A DNA stretch of 64,000 bases. It comes from a virus. The stretch spans positions 1 through 64,000 of IMG/VR virus record IMGVR_UViG_3300028590_000015; one strand, 5' to 3'. Position 1 is the first letter of the stretch, and every line of letters begins with the position of its first letter. Made by a program: the position numbers and the translations under genes. This document shows positions 8,551-15,907 of this stretch, in pieces. The notes under the pieces were generated by a model. It did no database searches. It was given only the letters and a program-made list of their open reading frames with translations, and was not told where the DNA came from.

Positions 8551-9096
8551 TCAGGCCGCGGCGAGCGAGATGGCGTCGGGTTCCTTCATGCGCGCGGGGT
8601 TCGCCAGGGCGAAGTCCTCGAATGCGGTGATGCGGTCGCGCACAGCGACGGAGTGGTCGATTTCCTTGACCATCGACAGGTAGGCGTGCAGCAGCGGCAC
8701 CGCGTAGATGTCCTGGGCGCGCAGCACGAAAACCGGTTCGTCGTCGGGGATGGGCTGGCCGGTGGAACGGTTGACCAGGCGGCCCGTCTTGCTCGACGCG
8801 GTGTATTTCGGCTCCTGGCCCTGGGTCAGTCCGAACACCACGCCGGTGCCGTCGGGCTGGCGCTCGAAGGCGTACTTGTTGCGGATGACCTTGCCGAAGA
8901 AGCTGCCCTTGGACTCGGCCGCCAGCATCGCGTCGAACTGCTCCTGGGGGAAGTCGAAGTAGTGGTAGACCGCGCCGCCATGGGCGAACTTCACGGCGAG
9001 AGTTTTGGACTCAGCGTGGTATCCGAAGCCGGAGATTTGCGACGAGTCGCAGGGCTGCAGTTCGATGGTCAGGGTGGGACGAGCGGTGATGGTCAT
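8551..9096 (-). CDS. KTSC-domain protein
   Basis: N-term ISGFGYHAESKTLAVKFAHGGAVYHYFDFPQEQFDAMLAAESKGSFFGKVIRNKYAFER matches the KTSC domain consensus. Confidence 0.7.
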   Translation of the reverse strand: MTITARPTLTIELQPCDSSQISGFGYHAESKTLAVKFAHGGAVYHYFDFPQEQFDAMLAAESKGSFFGKVIRNKYAFERQPDGTGVVFGLTQGQEPKYTASSKTGRLVNRSTGQPIPDDEPVFVLRAQDIYAVPLLHAYLSMVKEIDHSVAVRDRITAFEDFALANPARMKEPDAISLAAA

Positions 9097-9120
9097 GAAT
9101 GCTCCTGGTGGTGGTTGAGA

Positions 9121-9177
9121 AAGAAAAAGGGCACCCGCCGGCAAAGGGGAGGGAGGAGGTATGGAGGCACCGGCGGG
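9121..9177 (-). terminator. Intrinsic terminator / attenuator hairpin between exonuclease gene and KTSC gene
   Basis: 8-bp stem CCCGCCGG / CCGGCGGG with long loop; minus-strand U-tract TGCCCTTTTTCTT; shares 14-mer GGAAAATCAGGCCG with the 8538 region. Confidence 0.4.
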
Positions 9178-9192
9178 TATTGCCCGGGAAAA

Positions 9193-10983
9193 TCAGGCCG
9201 GCTGCGCTTGGGCAACCTGCTGGACGTGGCGGATGATTTCGAGGCAGATGGCCTCGAACTGCGACTCGCGGTAGAGGCGAGCATTGCGGTCGACGGTGGC
9301 GGCGAAGCCGAGTTCGGCGAGGAAGTCGGCGGTCACCGTGAAGCCCAGGCGCGCGCTGATGTCGCCCAGCTTCATGGTGGGCTTCTCGTCTTCCTTCGGC
9401 GGGAACAGGTCGGCTGCCGGGGCGCGCGCGGTGGTCCGGGTGTACAAAGCCACGGGCGGCGGCGCTGCGGGTGAGGCGGACGGTGCCGCCGGGGCCGGCG
9501 CCGGTGATGGCGTTGCGGCTGCAGCGATCGTGGCCCTGGCCAGGCGCTCGGCTTCGGCATCTGCGGCTTTCTGGCGCTCGCGGGCTTCGCGCTCCAGGCG
9601 CTCGGCTTCTTCCTTGCGGATCTGCTCGCGCTGCTCTTCGAGTCGCTTCTGCTCGGCCTGTTCGTGCGCGTTGATGCGGTTTGCCACCAGCGCCTGCAGG
9701 TCATCGGGCGCCTTGAGCACGATGGTGGGCGTGTCCGAGAACAGGAAGATGTGCTTCGATGCCGTCTCGCGCAGGTGCTTGAGGTTGGTGTCGATGCGAT
9801 CGGCGGTTTCGTTGGCGGCGATCTTCACGCGCGCCAGCTCGGTCTGGACCGCGTTGCGCAGGCTTTCAACGGTCCGCAGGTTCTTGATCACGCCGCCGAA
9901 GTCGGCCGCGATCGGGGGCATGTAGGGCTTGCCCAGGCGGGTGTTCAGCGCGTCGATGTGTTCGCGGAAGGCCGTCACCCCCTCGGCCACGATCTCGCCC
10001 TTGATGGCGACCTTGCGCGCCTCCAGCCTCTTCTCGGATGCCAGCCGGTTGTCGCGCGCCAGCTTGTGCAGCATTTCCTTGGTGCGCTTGATGGCGTCCA
10101 CCGATTCGACCTGCGACAGCATGTTGGCCTCGGCTGCGTCCAGTGCGGCTTCCGCCTTTTTGAGGGCGGCGATTTGCAGGGTGAGGTCCGCGAAATCCTG
10201 GTCGGTCTGCGGCTTCTCGATCAGGTCGGTGTCGATGAACTTGCGCAGCGCGGCCTCGAACACCTTGAAGTTGTCGCGCACCATGAGCGCGCCGGTCACC
10301 TGGACGGCCACCGCAGGGAGGTCGGTAACGGCTTTGGCCACTGACTTGTCGATCACCTCGACCGGCACGTAGACGGCGAGGTCGGCTTCAAACTGTTCCC
10401 AACCCTTGCGGATCTGCTCCGCCAGAGCAGGGTTGGACTCGTACCAGCAGTGGCGCTCTTGGATCAGCTCGCCATCGTCTGACCACTTCGACGCCATGAA
10501 CAGCACGCGCTTGCACTCGGCGACCATGCACTGCTGTTCCATCTGCACCTGGTACTTCCTGGGCAGCTCGCGGCCGCCGGCTGAGTCGCGCTGGGCCGGT
10601 GCGATCGTGTCGATCTGGTCGAATGCCTCGTTGAGCTCGTCGTTGAGCGTCTTGTGCTCAAAGGCGATGTCTTCCAGCAGGGTCAGGCCATCGAATGAGG
10701 CTGACAGCTTGCCGTTGGTGCCGGTGACGGCGTAAAGCTCCTGGCCAACGATCTTCTCGGCGAGTGGGCGCGAAAGGCTCTCGAAGCGGTGGCCAGGGTC
10801 GAACACGCGCTCCTGCACGAAGGAACTCACATCGCGCTCGAAGCCCACGTGCTTTTCGTGAAGCAGCTCGGTGCGCGTTTTGTGGCCGCAGCCCATCATT
10901 GCCGGCGCATCGCTGGCGTTGTAGTGCTGGGCGCGGTGGGCGACCCATTCCGGCGTGCCCTGGATCAGTTCGATGGTTTTCAT
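9193..10983 (-). CDS. YqaJ-like (lambda-Exo/PD-(D/E)xK) recombination exonuclease with long C-terminal coiled-coil and Ala/Pro-rich extension
   Basis: N-term MKTIELIQGTPEWVAHRAQHYNASDAPAMMGCG typical of YqaJ viral recombinases; ATGA-coupled to RecT; about 300 extra C-terminal residues of heptad-like EQ/KR-rich sequence. Confidence 0.75.
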   Translation of the reverse strand: MKTIELIQGTPEWVAHRAQHYNASDAPAMMGCGHKTRTELLHEKHVGFERDVSSFVQERVFDPGHRFESLSRPLAEKIVGQELYAVTGTNGKLSASFDGLTLLEDIAFEHKTLNDELNEAFDQIDTIAPAQRDSAGGRELPRKYQVQMEQQCMVAECKRVLFMASKWSDDGELIQERHCWYESNPALAEQIRKGWEQFEADLAVYVPVEVIDKSVAKAVTDLPAVAVQVTGALMVRDNFKVFEAALRKFIDTDLIEKPQTDQDFADLTLQIAALKKAEAALDAAEANMLSQVESVDAIKRTKEMLHKLARDNRLASEKRLEARKVAIKGEIVAEGVTAFREHIDALNTRLGKPYMPPIAADFGGVIKNLRTVESLRNAVQTELARVKIAANETADRIDTNLKHLRETASKHIFLFSDTPTIVLKAPDDLQALVANRINAHEQAEQKRLEEQREQIRKEEAERLEREARERQKAADAEAERLARATIAAAATPSPAPAPAAPSASPAAPPPVALYTRTTARAPAADLFPPKEDEKPTMKLGDISARLGFTVTADFLAELGFAATVDRNARLYRESQFEAICLEIIRHVQQVAQAQPA

Positions 10984-11810
10984 TTCCCCGCTCCTTCGGT
11001 GGTGGCATCGGTGGTGCTGGGCCCGGTGGCGGAGCCGGCGCCGTTCTCGATCGGGGCCAGCTTCTTGATCGCATCCTTCTGCGTTTCCGACAGCACGCCC
11101 TTCGTGGACAACATGGCGATCAGCGCCTCGGGGGTTTTCCGGCCGCTCTCGATCACGCCGCGCCAGGCGGGCAGGTTTGCGTCGAAGTCCTTCTGTGGGT
11201 AGTCCGGCAGCTCCGGCTTGTTCGGCGGCGGCGCAGGGGGAGGCGGCGGAGCGCCCACCTCGTCGGCCATGCCCATGTCCTTGGGCAAGTCCTGCAGCTC
11301 CTCGGTGACCGCCATGCCCTTGAGCACGTCGGGGAAGGAGTCGCGCAGGCGGAACGAGCGCGCACGCATCTGGCGCATGCGCTTCGGATACTGGGTCCAC
11401 GGGCCGGCCTTGCCGAGCAGGCCTGCGGTCTTCGCGTCGTTCATGTCGAACGTGCTGACCTGCTCAGGCTCGCCCCGCCGCTTCGCGCGGCATGTGGCTG
11501 TGTGACCGTCGTCGGTCTCGATGACGTACTCGCACAGCGGGCTGGAGCGCACGAGGGCGAGCACAGCATCGCCCCACATCGAGGGCCGACCGTTGATGAC
11601 GGCGATGTTCTGCATCGCCTGCAGAGGCTTCAAGCCCACCTCCATGCCCCATTGCATGGCGATCAGGCAGTTGCCCGGCTTGCCCACGAAGTCCTTGGGG
11701 ACCATGGTGCTGTCGGCGAGGTAGTCGGCCAGCGTAAGGGCCTGCTCGAAGGTCTTGGGACTCAGGTCGAACTGACCGACCTGGGCGGGTGCGATTTCAG
11801 TGCTGCTCAT
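10980..11810 (-). CDS. recT: RecT-family single-strand annealing protein
   Basis: 276 aa; FDLSPKTFEQALTLADYLADSTMVPKDFVGKPGNCLIAMQWGMEVGLKPLQAMQNIAVINGRPSMWGDAVLALV matches the RecT family. Confidence 0.85.
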   Translation of the reverse strand: MSSTEIAPAQVGQFDLSPKTFEQALTLADYLADSTMVPKDFVGKPGNCLIAMQWGMEVGLKPLQAMQNIAVINGRPSMWGDAVLALVRSSPLCEYVIETDDGHTATCRAKRRGEPEQVSTFDMNDAKTAGLLGKAGPWTQYPKRMRQMRARSFRLRDSFPDVLKGMAVTEELQDLPKDMGMADEVGAPPPPPAPPPNKPELPDYPQKDFDANLPAWRGVIESGRKTPEALIAMLSTKGVLSETQKDAIKKLAPIENGAGSATGPSTTDATTEGAGK

Positions 11811-12081
11811 CTGCTGCTTTCTGGTTGGTGATAAAGGGGCGGCGGGCGAGGGCCTGCCAGGCTTGGGCGAGGGCCTTTCGCACGCCGGCGGGCCGGTGGA
11901 TGCGGTAGGCGGTGGTGGCTGCCGTCCAGCGGCCGTCATTGGGGAGGGCGATATCCACGGCCAGGGCCTGGGTGGGCGCGGGCGGATCGGCGGGCTGCTG
12001 GTCGCCCAGTTCCTGAGAGATCGCGAGCGCGTCGCGCTCGATAGGAGAGCGGTACTCGACTGGTTGCTGGGTCATGGTCAT
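11797..12081 (-). CDS. Hypothetical protein (94 aa)
   Basis: Start MTMTQQPVEYRSPIERDALAISQELG; overlaps recT start by 14 nt. Confidence 0.45.
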   Translation of the reverse strand: MTMTQQPVEYRSPIERDALAISQELGDQQPADPPAPTQALAVDIALPNDGRWTAATTAYRIHRPAGVRKALAQAWQALARRPFITNQKAADEQH

Positions 12082-12154
12082 TGCCAGAAGTGAGGGGTAG
12101 AGAGGAGGAGTGCCAGCGCGATGCAGCACGACGCGTAGACGATCTGGTTCGAGG

Positions 12155-12328
12155 TCATGCGAGCACCACGACTGCGGCACCAAGGCCGATGACGAAGCCA
12201 ACGGCGATGCCTTGCCACCAGCCCGCGCGCCAGTGGAGCGAGTCCTGCTGGGTGCACTCGACCTGCGGGAGTGGGGCGGCCTTGCGCATCCGCTTCCACG
12301 TCGCGGTGACGTGGACGTGCACGTTCAT
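12155..12328 (-). CDS. Small membrane protein (57 aa), below the ORF-track length cutoff
   Basis: MNVHVHVTATWKRMRKAAPLPQVECTQQDSLHWRAGWWQGIAVGFVIGLGAAVVVLA; ATGA overlap with upstream gene stop at 12325-12328; high third-position GC; C-terminal TM helix. Confidence 0.4.
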   Translation of the reverse strand: MNVHVHVTATWKRMRKAAPLPQVECTQQDSLHWRAGWWQGIAVGFVIGLGAAVVVLA

Positions 12329-12759
12329 GGCGCGCTCCCGTTGGCTTGGGCGATGGCGGCGCGAGAGGCCTGTTTCGCCGCCTCTTCCGCATCTTCGATA
12401 TCGCTCAGAAGCCGCTCGTGCTCGTCTTCGTCCACTTCCATCAGCGCCAAATTGGCGTATGCCTTGTCGACCTGTTGACGCGCTACCAGCGCCTCCAGCA
12501 GCTCCATGCGCTGGCCCAACAACAGGCCAATCTTTCTCTCCAAGTTCGCGACCGTGTTCGGTCCGGCCGACTTCGGTAGGTCAAATGCTTCGTCGTCGTA
12601 GCGTTCGCCCTTGATCGCCATTTCTGCACGGTGCTCGATCCAGCGCAGGCGGCGCGTGGAAGTGCGACTGCGGCGAGCAGTGCGAGCGATGTGGTCCAGA
12701 GCGCCACGCATCATTTCAAAGTGCTCTGGTGATGGGCCTGGCGTGTGCTGCGCGCTCAT
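12325..12759 (-). CDS. Hypothetical protein (144 aa)
   Basis: Acidic/helical protein; coupled overlaps. Confidence 0.55.
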   Translation of the reverse strand: MSAQHTPGPSPEHFEMMRGALDHIARTARRSRTSTRRLRWIEHRAEMAIKGERYDDEAFDLPKSAGPNTVANLERKIGLLLGQRMELLEALVARQQVDKAYANLALMEVDEDEHERLLSDIEDAEEAAKQASRAAIAQANGSAP

Positions 12760-13226
12760 GCGGGCTCTCCCTGTTCGAGGGATTCGCTGTCGAGGGCAGC
12801 ACCGGCGGCGACGGCCTCAGCGGGCAGGACCACGCGCGGGACGGTGACCTCGCCCAGGACTTCGAGCGCCCTCAAGAGGCTAGGGTTGTTGGCGCTACCC
12901 TCGTGTTCATACGAATCGACCATGCCTTGAAGTGCATCGCGCAACATGTCGCGCTCCAGCAGGAGGAGGTCGCGGTCGGTCTGCAGCGTGGCATGCTCAG
13001 CGCGCAGGACGCGGTACGGAACCGTGGCACCAGCGATTCCCGGGATCTGTTCGAGCAGCTCGGTTTGGATGCCGTCGCAGGAGTTCCAGCAGGAAACGAG
13101 GCGGCGGGCAATGTCATGCCGATAGCGAGGCACGACCGCGATCAGCGTGTCCTGTTCGTCACGGATCTCCGAGTCCGCGTACAGCGCGTGGGCAACCAAG
13201 CGGCCCTGCGTCAGTGCGGCGCTCAT
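12756..13226 (-). CDS. Hypothetical protein (156 aa)
   Basis: Start MSAALTQGRLVAHALYADSEI; ATGA overlaps both sides. Confidence 0.5.
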   Translation of the reverse strand: MSAALTQGRLVAHALYADSEIRDEQDTLIAVVPRYRHDIARRLVSCWNSCDGIQTELLEQIPGIAGATVPYRVLRAEHATLQTDRDLLLLERDMLRDALQGMVDSYEHEGSANNPSLLRALEVLGEVTVPRVVLPAEAVAAGAALDSESLEQGEPA

Positions 13227-13408
13227 GCCTGACCACCCGTCTGCGCAATCCGCGTGCTCAGAGCCGCGCGAGCAGCAAGCCACGGCGCACCGGAGCGCGT
13301 TGGCGGAACCGTAGGGACTGGGTGGCCAGCAGCGAGCAGCTTGCGCATCCAGCGGTGGCACAGCTTGTAGGTGGCGCGCGCCTGTGCGGAGGTGCGGGCG
13401 GCGCTCAC
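13223..13408 (-). CDS. Hypothetical small protein (61 aa)
   Basis: ATGA-coupled at both ends. Confidence 0.45.
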   Translation of the reverse strand: MSAARTSAQARATYKLCHRWMRKLLAAGHPVPTVPPTRSGAPWLAARAALSTRIAQTGGQA

Positions 13409-13719
13409 CGTGCGTCTCCGAACTGCACCTGGGCGGCCAGCGCGCGGTGGTCTTCCTCTTCGCGCAACCGCCCGGACGCCTTCAAGTGGCTGTAGGACAG
13501 GTCGGCGGCGATGCGCTTCGCTTCGATGCAGCGGCGCTCTGCGCGGTTGGCGCAGGTAAGGCCGTGCTCGGGGCCCAGCACGCGGTGCTTGCGCTGGTCT
13601 TCGCTCTCTTCGAGCGGCTGCAGCACGAGGTCACCGGCCAGCGCGTGCGCCAGCACTTCCCTCGTATCTGCGCCGTGTAACTCGGTCGCTGTGGTTGTTT
13701 GCTCGTCTCGCATTTCCAT
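13405..13719 (-). CDS. Hypothetical protein (104 aa), first gene of the leftward early operon
   Basis: GGAGA Shine-Dalgarno 5 nt upstream of ATG; directly downstream of the candidate pL/OL. Confidence 0.55.
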   Translation of the reverse strand: MEMRDEQTTTATELHGADTREVLAHALAGDLVLQPLEESEDQRKHRVLGPEHGLTCANRAERRCIEAKRIAADLSYSHLKASGRLREEEDHRALAAQVQFGDAR

Positions 13720-13739
13720 CTCCGTTGTGGATGGAATGC

Positions 13740-13768
13740 AGTGTAGATAGAAAAACTAGCTTTAGCAA
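13740..13768 (-). promoter_or_regulatory. Candidate leftward early promoter pL with operator embedded in spacer
   Basis: Minus strand: TTGCTA - 17 nt (contains GCTAGTTTTTCTATCT) - TACACT, about 20 nt upstream of the 13719 start. Confidence 0.45.
13745..13760. promoter_or_regulatory. Operator-like dyad OL, AGATAGAAAAACTAGC
   Basis: 15/16 identity with 14871-14886; further ATAGAAA-like half sites at 13777-13783 (inverted) and 13788-13796. Confidence 0.5.
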
Positions 13769-13821
13769 GAAAAACTTTCTATCGCACAGAAAAACTTGCG
13801 ACGGGCGGTAGAGCGCAGACG

Positions 13822-13850
13822 AAAAAAAACCGCCCGAAGGCGGTTCGTAG
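13822..13850 (-). terminator. Rho-independent terminator after lipoprotein gene (possibly bidirectional)
   Basis: GAAAAAAAACCGCCCGAAGGCGGTTCG: stem CCGCC/GGCGG, flanked by an A8 run on plus, i.e. U8 on the minus transcript. Confidence 0.65.
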
Positions 13851-13865
13851 CGAGGCGTGAGGGCC

Positions 13866-14141
13866 TCAGCCTTTGCAGCGGAACTTGATCTCAGCGCTGG
13901 CGTAGCTGGTCATGGTCGCGTCCTGCGATGTGTCGCCCACTGGCGAGATCTCTTTACCCAGCTTCTTGCAATGAGCCGCCGCCTCGGCGTACAGCTCGGC
14001 CTTCACCTTGCCTCCTGACCACGCCATGGTCTCCTGCTTTGACAGCATGAAGATGCCGTCGCCGATCGGCACGACGCCGGTGGTGGTGGTGCATGCCGCC
14101 AGGCTGGCGGCCATGGCGAGCAGGGTGAGGGTGGTACGCAT
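13866..14141 (-). CDS. Small lipoprotein (moron downstream of cI)
   Basis: MRTTLTLLAMAASLAACTTT: signal peptide with lipobox LAAC; AGGAG SD 7 nt upstream; own terminator. Confidence 0.65.
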   Translation of the reverse strand: MRTTLTLLAMAASLAACTTTTGVVPIGDGIFMLSKQETMAWSGGKVKAELYAEAAAHCKKLGKEISPVGDTSQDATMTSYASAEIKFRCKG

Positions 14142-14167
14142 CGCAGTTGCTCCTGTGCTGTTGTTGA

Positions 14168-14839
14168 TTATTCGGGTACCCACTTGCCGATCACCACACC
14201 GGTGATGGAGGCATGTCCGTTGATCTCGACATAGCGCGGCTTCCATTCTGGGTTGAGCGCCTTGAGCATCTTCCTGCCGTCCTCGACGAGGAACTGCTTG
14301 AACGTGCCTTCCTGGTGGTCATCGAGGCGCACGATCACGCGGTCGCCATGCTTGGCCTCGCGGTCGGGGTCTACGAAGATGATGTCGCCGTCGGAGTAGC
14401 TGGGGCGGCCGCCGGGGTTGTACATGCTGTCGCCGCGCACGCGCAGGCAGTACGCGCGCGGGCCGTGCTTGACGGGGCAGGGCAGCCAGTCCTCGGCCTC
14501 GCCGAGCGCGTAAGGGTCCGCGATGTCGGCCCAGCAGCCAGCCTGAATCCACGAGATCAGCGGCACGCCATCGGGGATGGTCAAGGTTTCGGTGTTGCCA
14601 CCACCCATGCTCATGCGGACTTTGGACGTGGTGATGGACGCGGGCTCAATGCCGAGCAGCTCCGACACCGTGATGCCGAGCGCCAGCGCAACCGCTTCTT
14701 GGTTTGCGCGCTTCGGGGCAGTCTTTCCGCTCTCCCACTGCTGGATGGACCCGCGTGAAACACCAATGCGGTCGGCCAGTTGCTGCTCGGTGAGCTTCAA
14801 CCTCGCGCGGTGGTGCTTGATCACGTCTTTGGTCTGCAT
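14168..14839 (-). CDS. cI: CI-like prophage repressor (HTH_XRE + S24 LexA-like peptidase domain)
   Basis: N-term HTH LTEQQLADRIGVSRGSIQQWESGK; C-term autopeptidase region with G-DSM and K motifs (VRGDSMYNPGG..IIFVDPD..HGDRVIVRL). Confidence 0.9.
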   Translation of the reverse strand: MQTKDVIKHHRARLKLTEQQLADRIGVSRGSIQQWESGKTAPKRANQEAVALALGITVSELLGIEPASITTSKVRMSMGGGNTETLTIPDGVPLISWIQAGCWADIADPYALGEAEDWLPCPVKHGPRAYCLRVRGDSMYNPGGRPSYSDGDIIFVDPDREAKHGDRVIVRLDDHQEGTFKQFLVEDGRKMLKALNPEWKPRYVEINGHASITGVVIGKWVPE

Positions 14840-14850
14840 GGCACCATGCT

Positions 14851-14866
14851 AGAGATAGATATTCTT
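14851..14866. promoter_or_regulatory. Second operator-like site AGAGATAGATATTCTT in cI-cro intergenic region
   Basis: Contains GATAGA half-site and partial dyad; overlaps the likely leftward (cI) promoter. Confidence 0.3.
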
Positions 14867-14892
14867 GCAAAGATAGAAAATCTAGCTAGAAT
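14865..14892 (+). promoter_or_regulatory. Candidate rightward promoter pR (TTGCAA-16-TAGAAT) with operator filling the spacer; predicts leaderless cro
   Basis: -10 TAGAAT ends 6 nt before the cro ATG at 14899 and there is no SD in between. Confidence 0.5.
14871..14886. promoter_or_regulatory. Operator-like dyad OR, AGATAGAAAATCTAGC (GATAGA/TCTAGC inverted half-sites)
   Basis: Near-palindrome TAGA-AAA-TCTA; the same 16-mer (1 mismatch) is embedded in the spacer of the leftward promoter at 13745-13760. Confidence 0.5.
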
Positions 14893-14898
14893 GGGCGC

Positions 14899-15126
14899 AT
14901 GGACCCAAAGCAATCCCTCAATGAGGCCATCGCACTCGCGGGTGGGCTCAATGCCTTCACCGAGGCGGTCGCAGCGCCGTCCACCTCCGCCGTCAAGGCC
15001 TGGCGCCTGACTCAGGTGCCAGAGAAATACTGCCCAACCATCGAGCGCATCACCGGGGTGCGCTGTGAGCGGCTCCGGCCCGACGTGGAGTGGGGCGTTC
15101 TCAGGCAAACCACTGCGGAGGCCTGA
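14899..15126 (+). CDS. cro: Cro-like / YdaS-family HTH regulator
   Basis: 75 aa; divergent from cI; EAIALAGGLNAFTEAVAAPSTSAVKAWRLTQVPEKYCPTIERITGVRCERLRPDV resembles the Cro/YdaS HTH family. Confidence 0.75.
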   Translation: MDPKQSLNEAIALAGGLNAFTEAVAAPSTSAVKAWRLTQVPEKYCPTIERITGVRCERLRPDVEWGVLRQTTAEA

Positions 15127-15129
15127 CCC

Positions 15130-15387
15130 ATGAGCGACGTGCCCGTCCCCATGTTCGCCCGCAGCCAGGGCGGCCCCGAAAAGGTAGAGCTGCGCGGTCT
15201 CGCGCCGGCCGAGCTGGCCAACGCGCTCGACGCGCTGGCGCTCTCCGAAGGTCAGGATCGCAACAGCTATGTGGTGTCGGTTTTGCATGTGCATGTTCGT
15301 GAGCAGTTGAGGAAGGCCAGTCTCCTGCACCGCACGCTGCGCGGCAATCCGCTGCTCGCGGAATCTGCGGGAGGGACATCGGAATGA
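15130..15387 (+). CDS. Hypothetical early protein (85 aa)
   Basis: GGAGG SD; occupies the cII-like position. Confidence 0.55.
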   Translation: MSDVPVPMFARSQGGPEKVELRGLAPAELANALDALALSEGQDRNSYVVSVLHVHVREQLRKASLLHRTLRGNPLLAESAGGTSE

Positions 15388-15569
15388 GCAGCCCATTCGA
15401 CCTTGCCGCGCGCGTGGAGGCGGGCTCGGTGTTCGCTGCTGACCAGCGTTTCAGCACGCCGGAATACAACCGGTGGGTCGGCATGAACAAGGCAACGCGG
15501 CCGGCATGGCCCGCGTTCCGAGACGCCCTGCTTGAGAAGAAGCGCCAACCCGCAACCAGGGGGGCGTGA
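15384..15569 (+). CDS. Hypothetical small protein (61 aa)
   Basis: ATGA-coupled. Confidence 0.5.
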   Translation: MSSPFDLAARVEAGSVFAADQRFSTPEYNRWVGMNKATRPAWPAFRDALLEKKRQPATRGA

Positions 15570-15907
15570 TGCAAGCCGCATTCGACTTTCACGCTGCCGA
15601 GCGTCGGGCACAGCGCGGGATTCGCCGCGCCGCTGCGCACGCTGAGCGCACCGCGCCGGGCTGGATCGAACAGGCGCTGATCAAGCTCGCGGCCTTCGCG
15701 CGCGCCGCCAACGGGCCCTTCACCATCGAGCAGGCGAGGGCGTCGATCGCGTGTTCCCTCGCGGCTCCGCCCGAGCTGCGCGCCTGGGGCCAGGTCACCA
15801 AGGTGGCGCTCAAGCGCCACATCATCGAGCCGGCGGGCATTCTCCGCGCGGCATCCAGCAACGGCAGCTACAAGCCGGCCTATCGGGCAGGAGAGGGGTG
15901 TGCGTGA
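15566..15907 (+). CDS. Hypothetical protein (113 aa)
   Basis: ATGA-coupled; helical composition. Confidence 0.55.
   Translation: MMQAAFDFHAAERRAQRGIRRAAAHAERTAPGWIEQALIKLAAFARAANGPFTIEQARASIACSLAAPPELRAWGQVTKVALKRHIIEPAGILRAASSNGSYKPAYRAGEGCA

Noticed and set aside
12078-12392. 104-aa minus-strand ORF
   Set aside because: Arg/Pro-rich N-terminus; a different frame contains a better small TM ORF (12155-12328) that is ATGA-coupled to the upstream gene
14840-14898. LexA box in the cI-cro intergenic region
   Set aside because: No CTGT-N8-ACAG-like sequence there. Induction is presumably through RecA-stimulated autocleavage of the S24-domain repressor, not direct LexA control.
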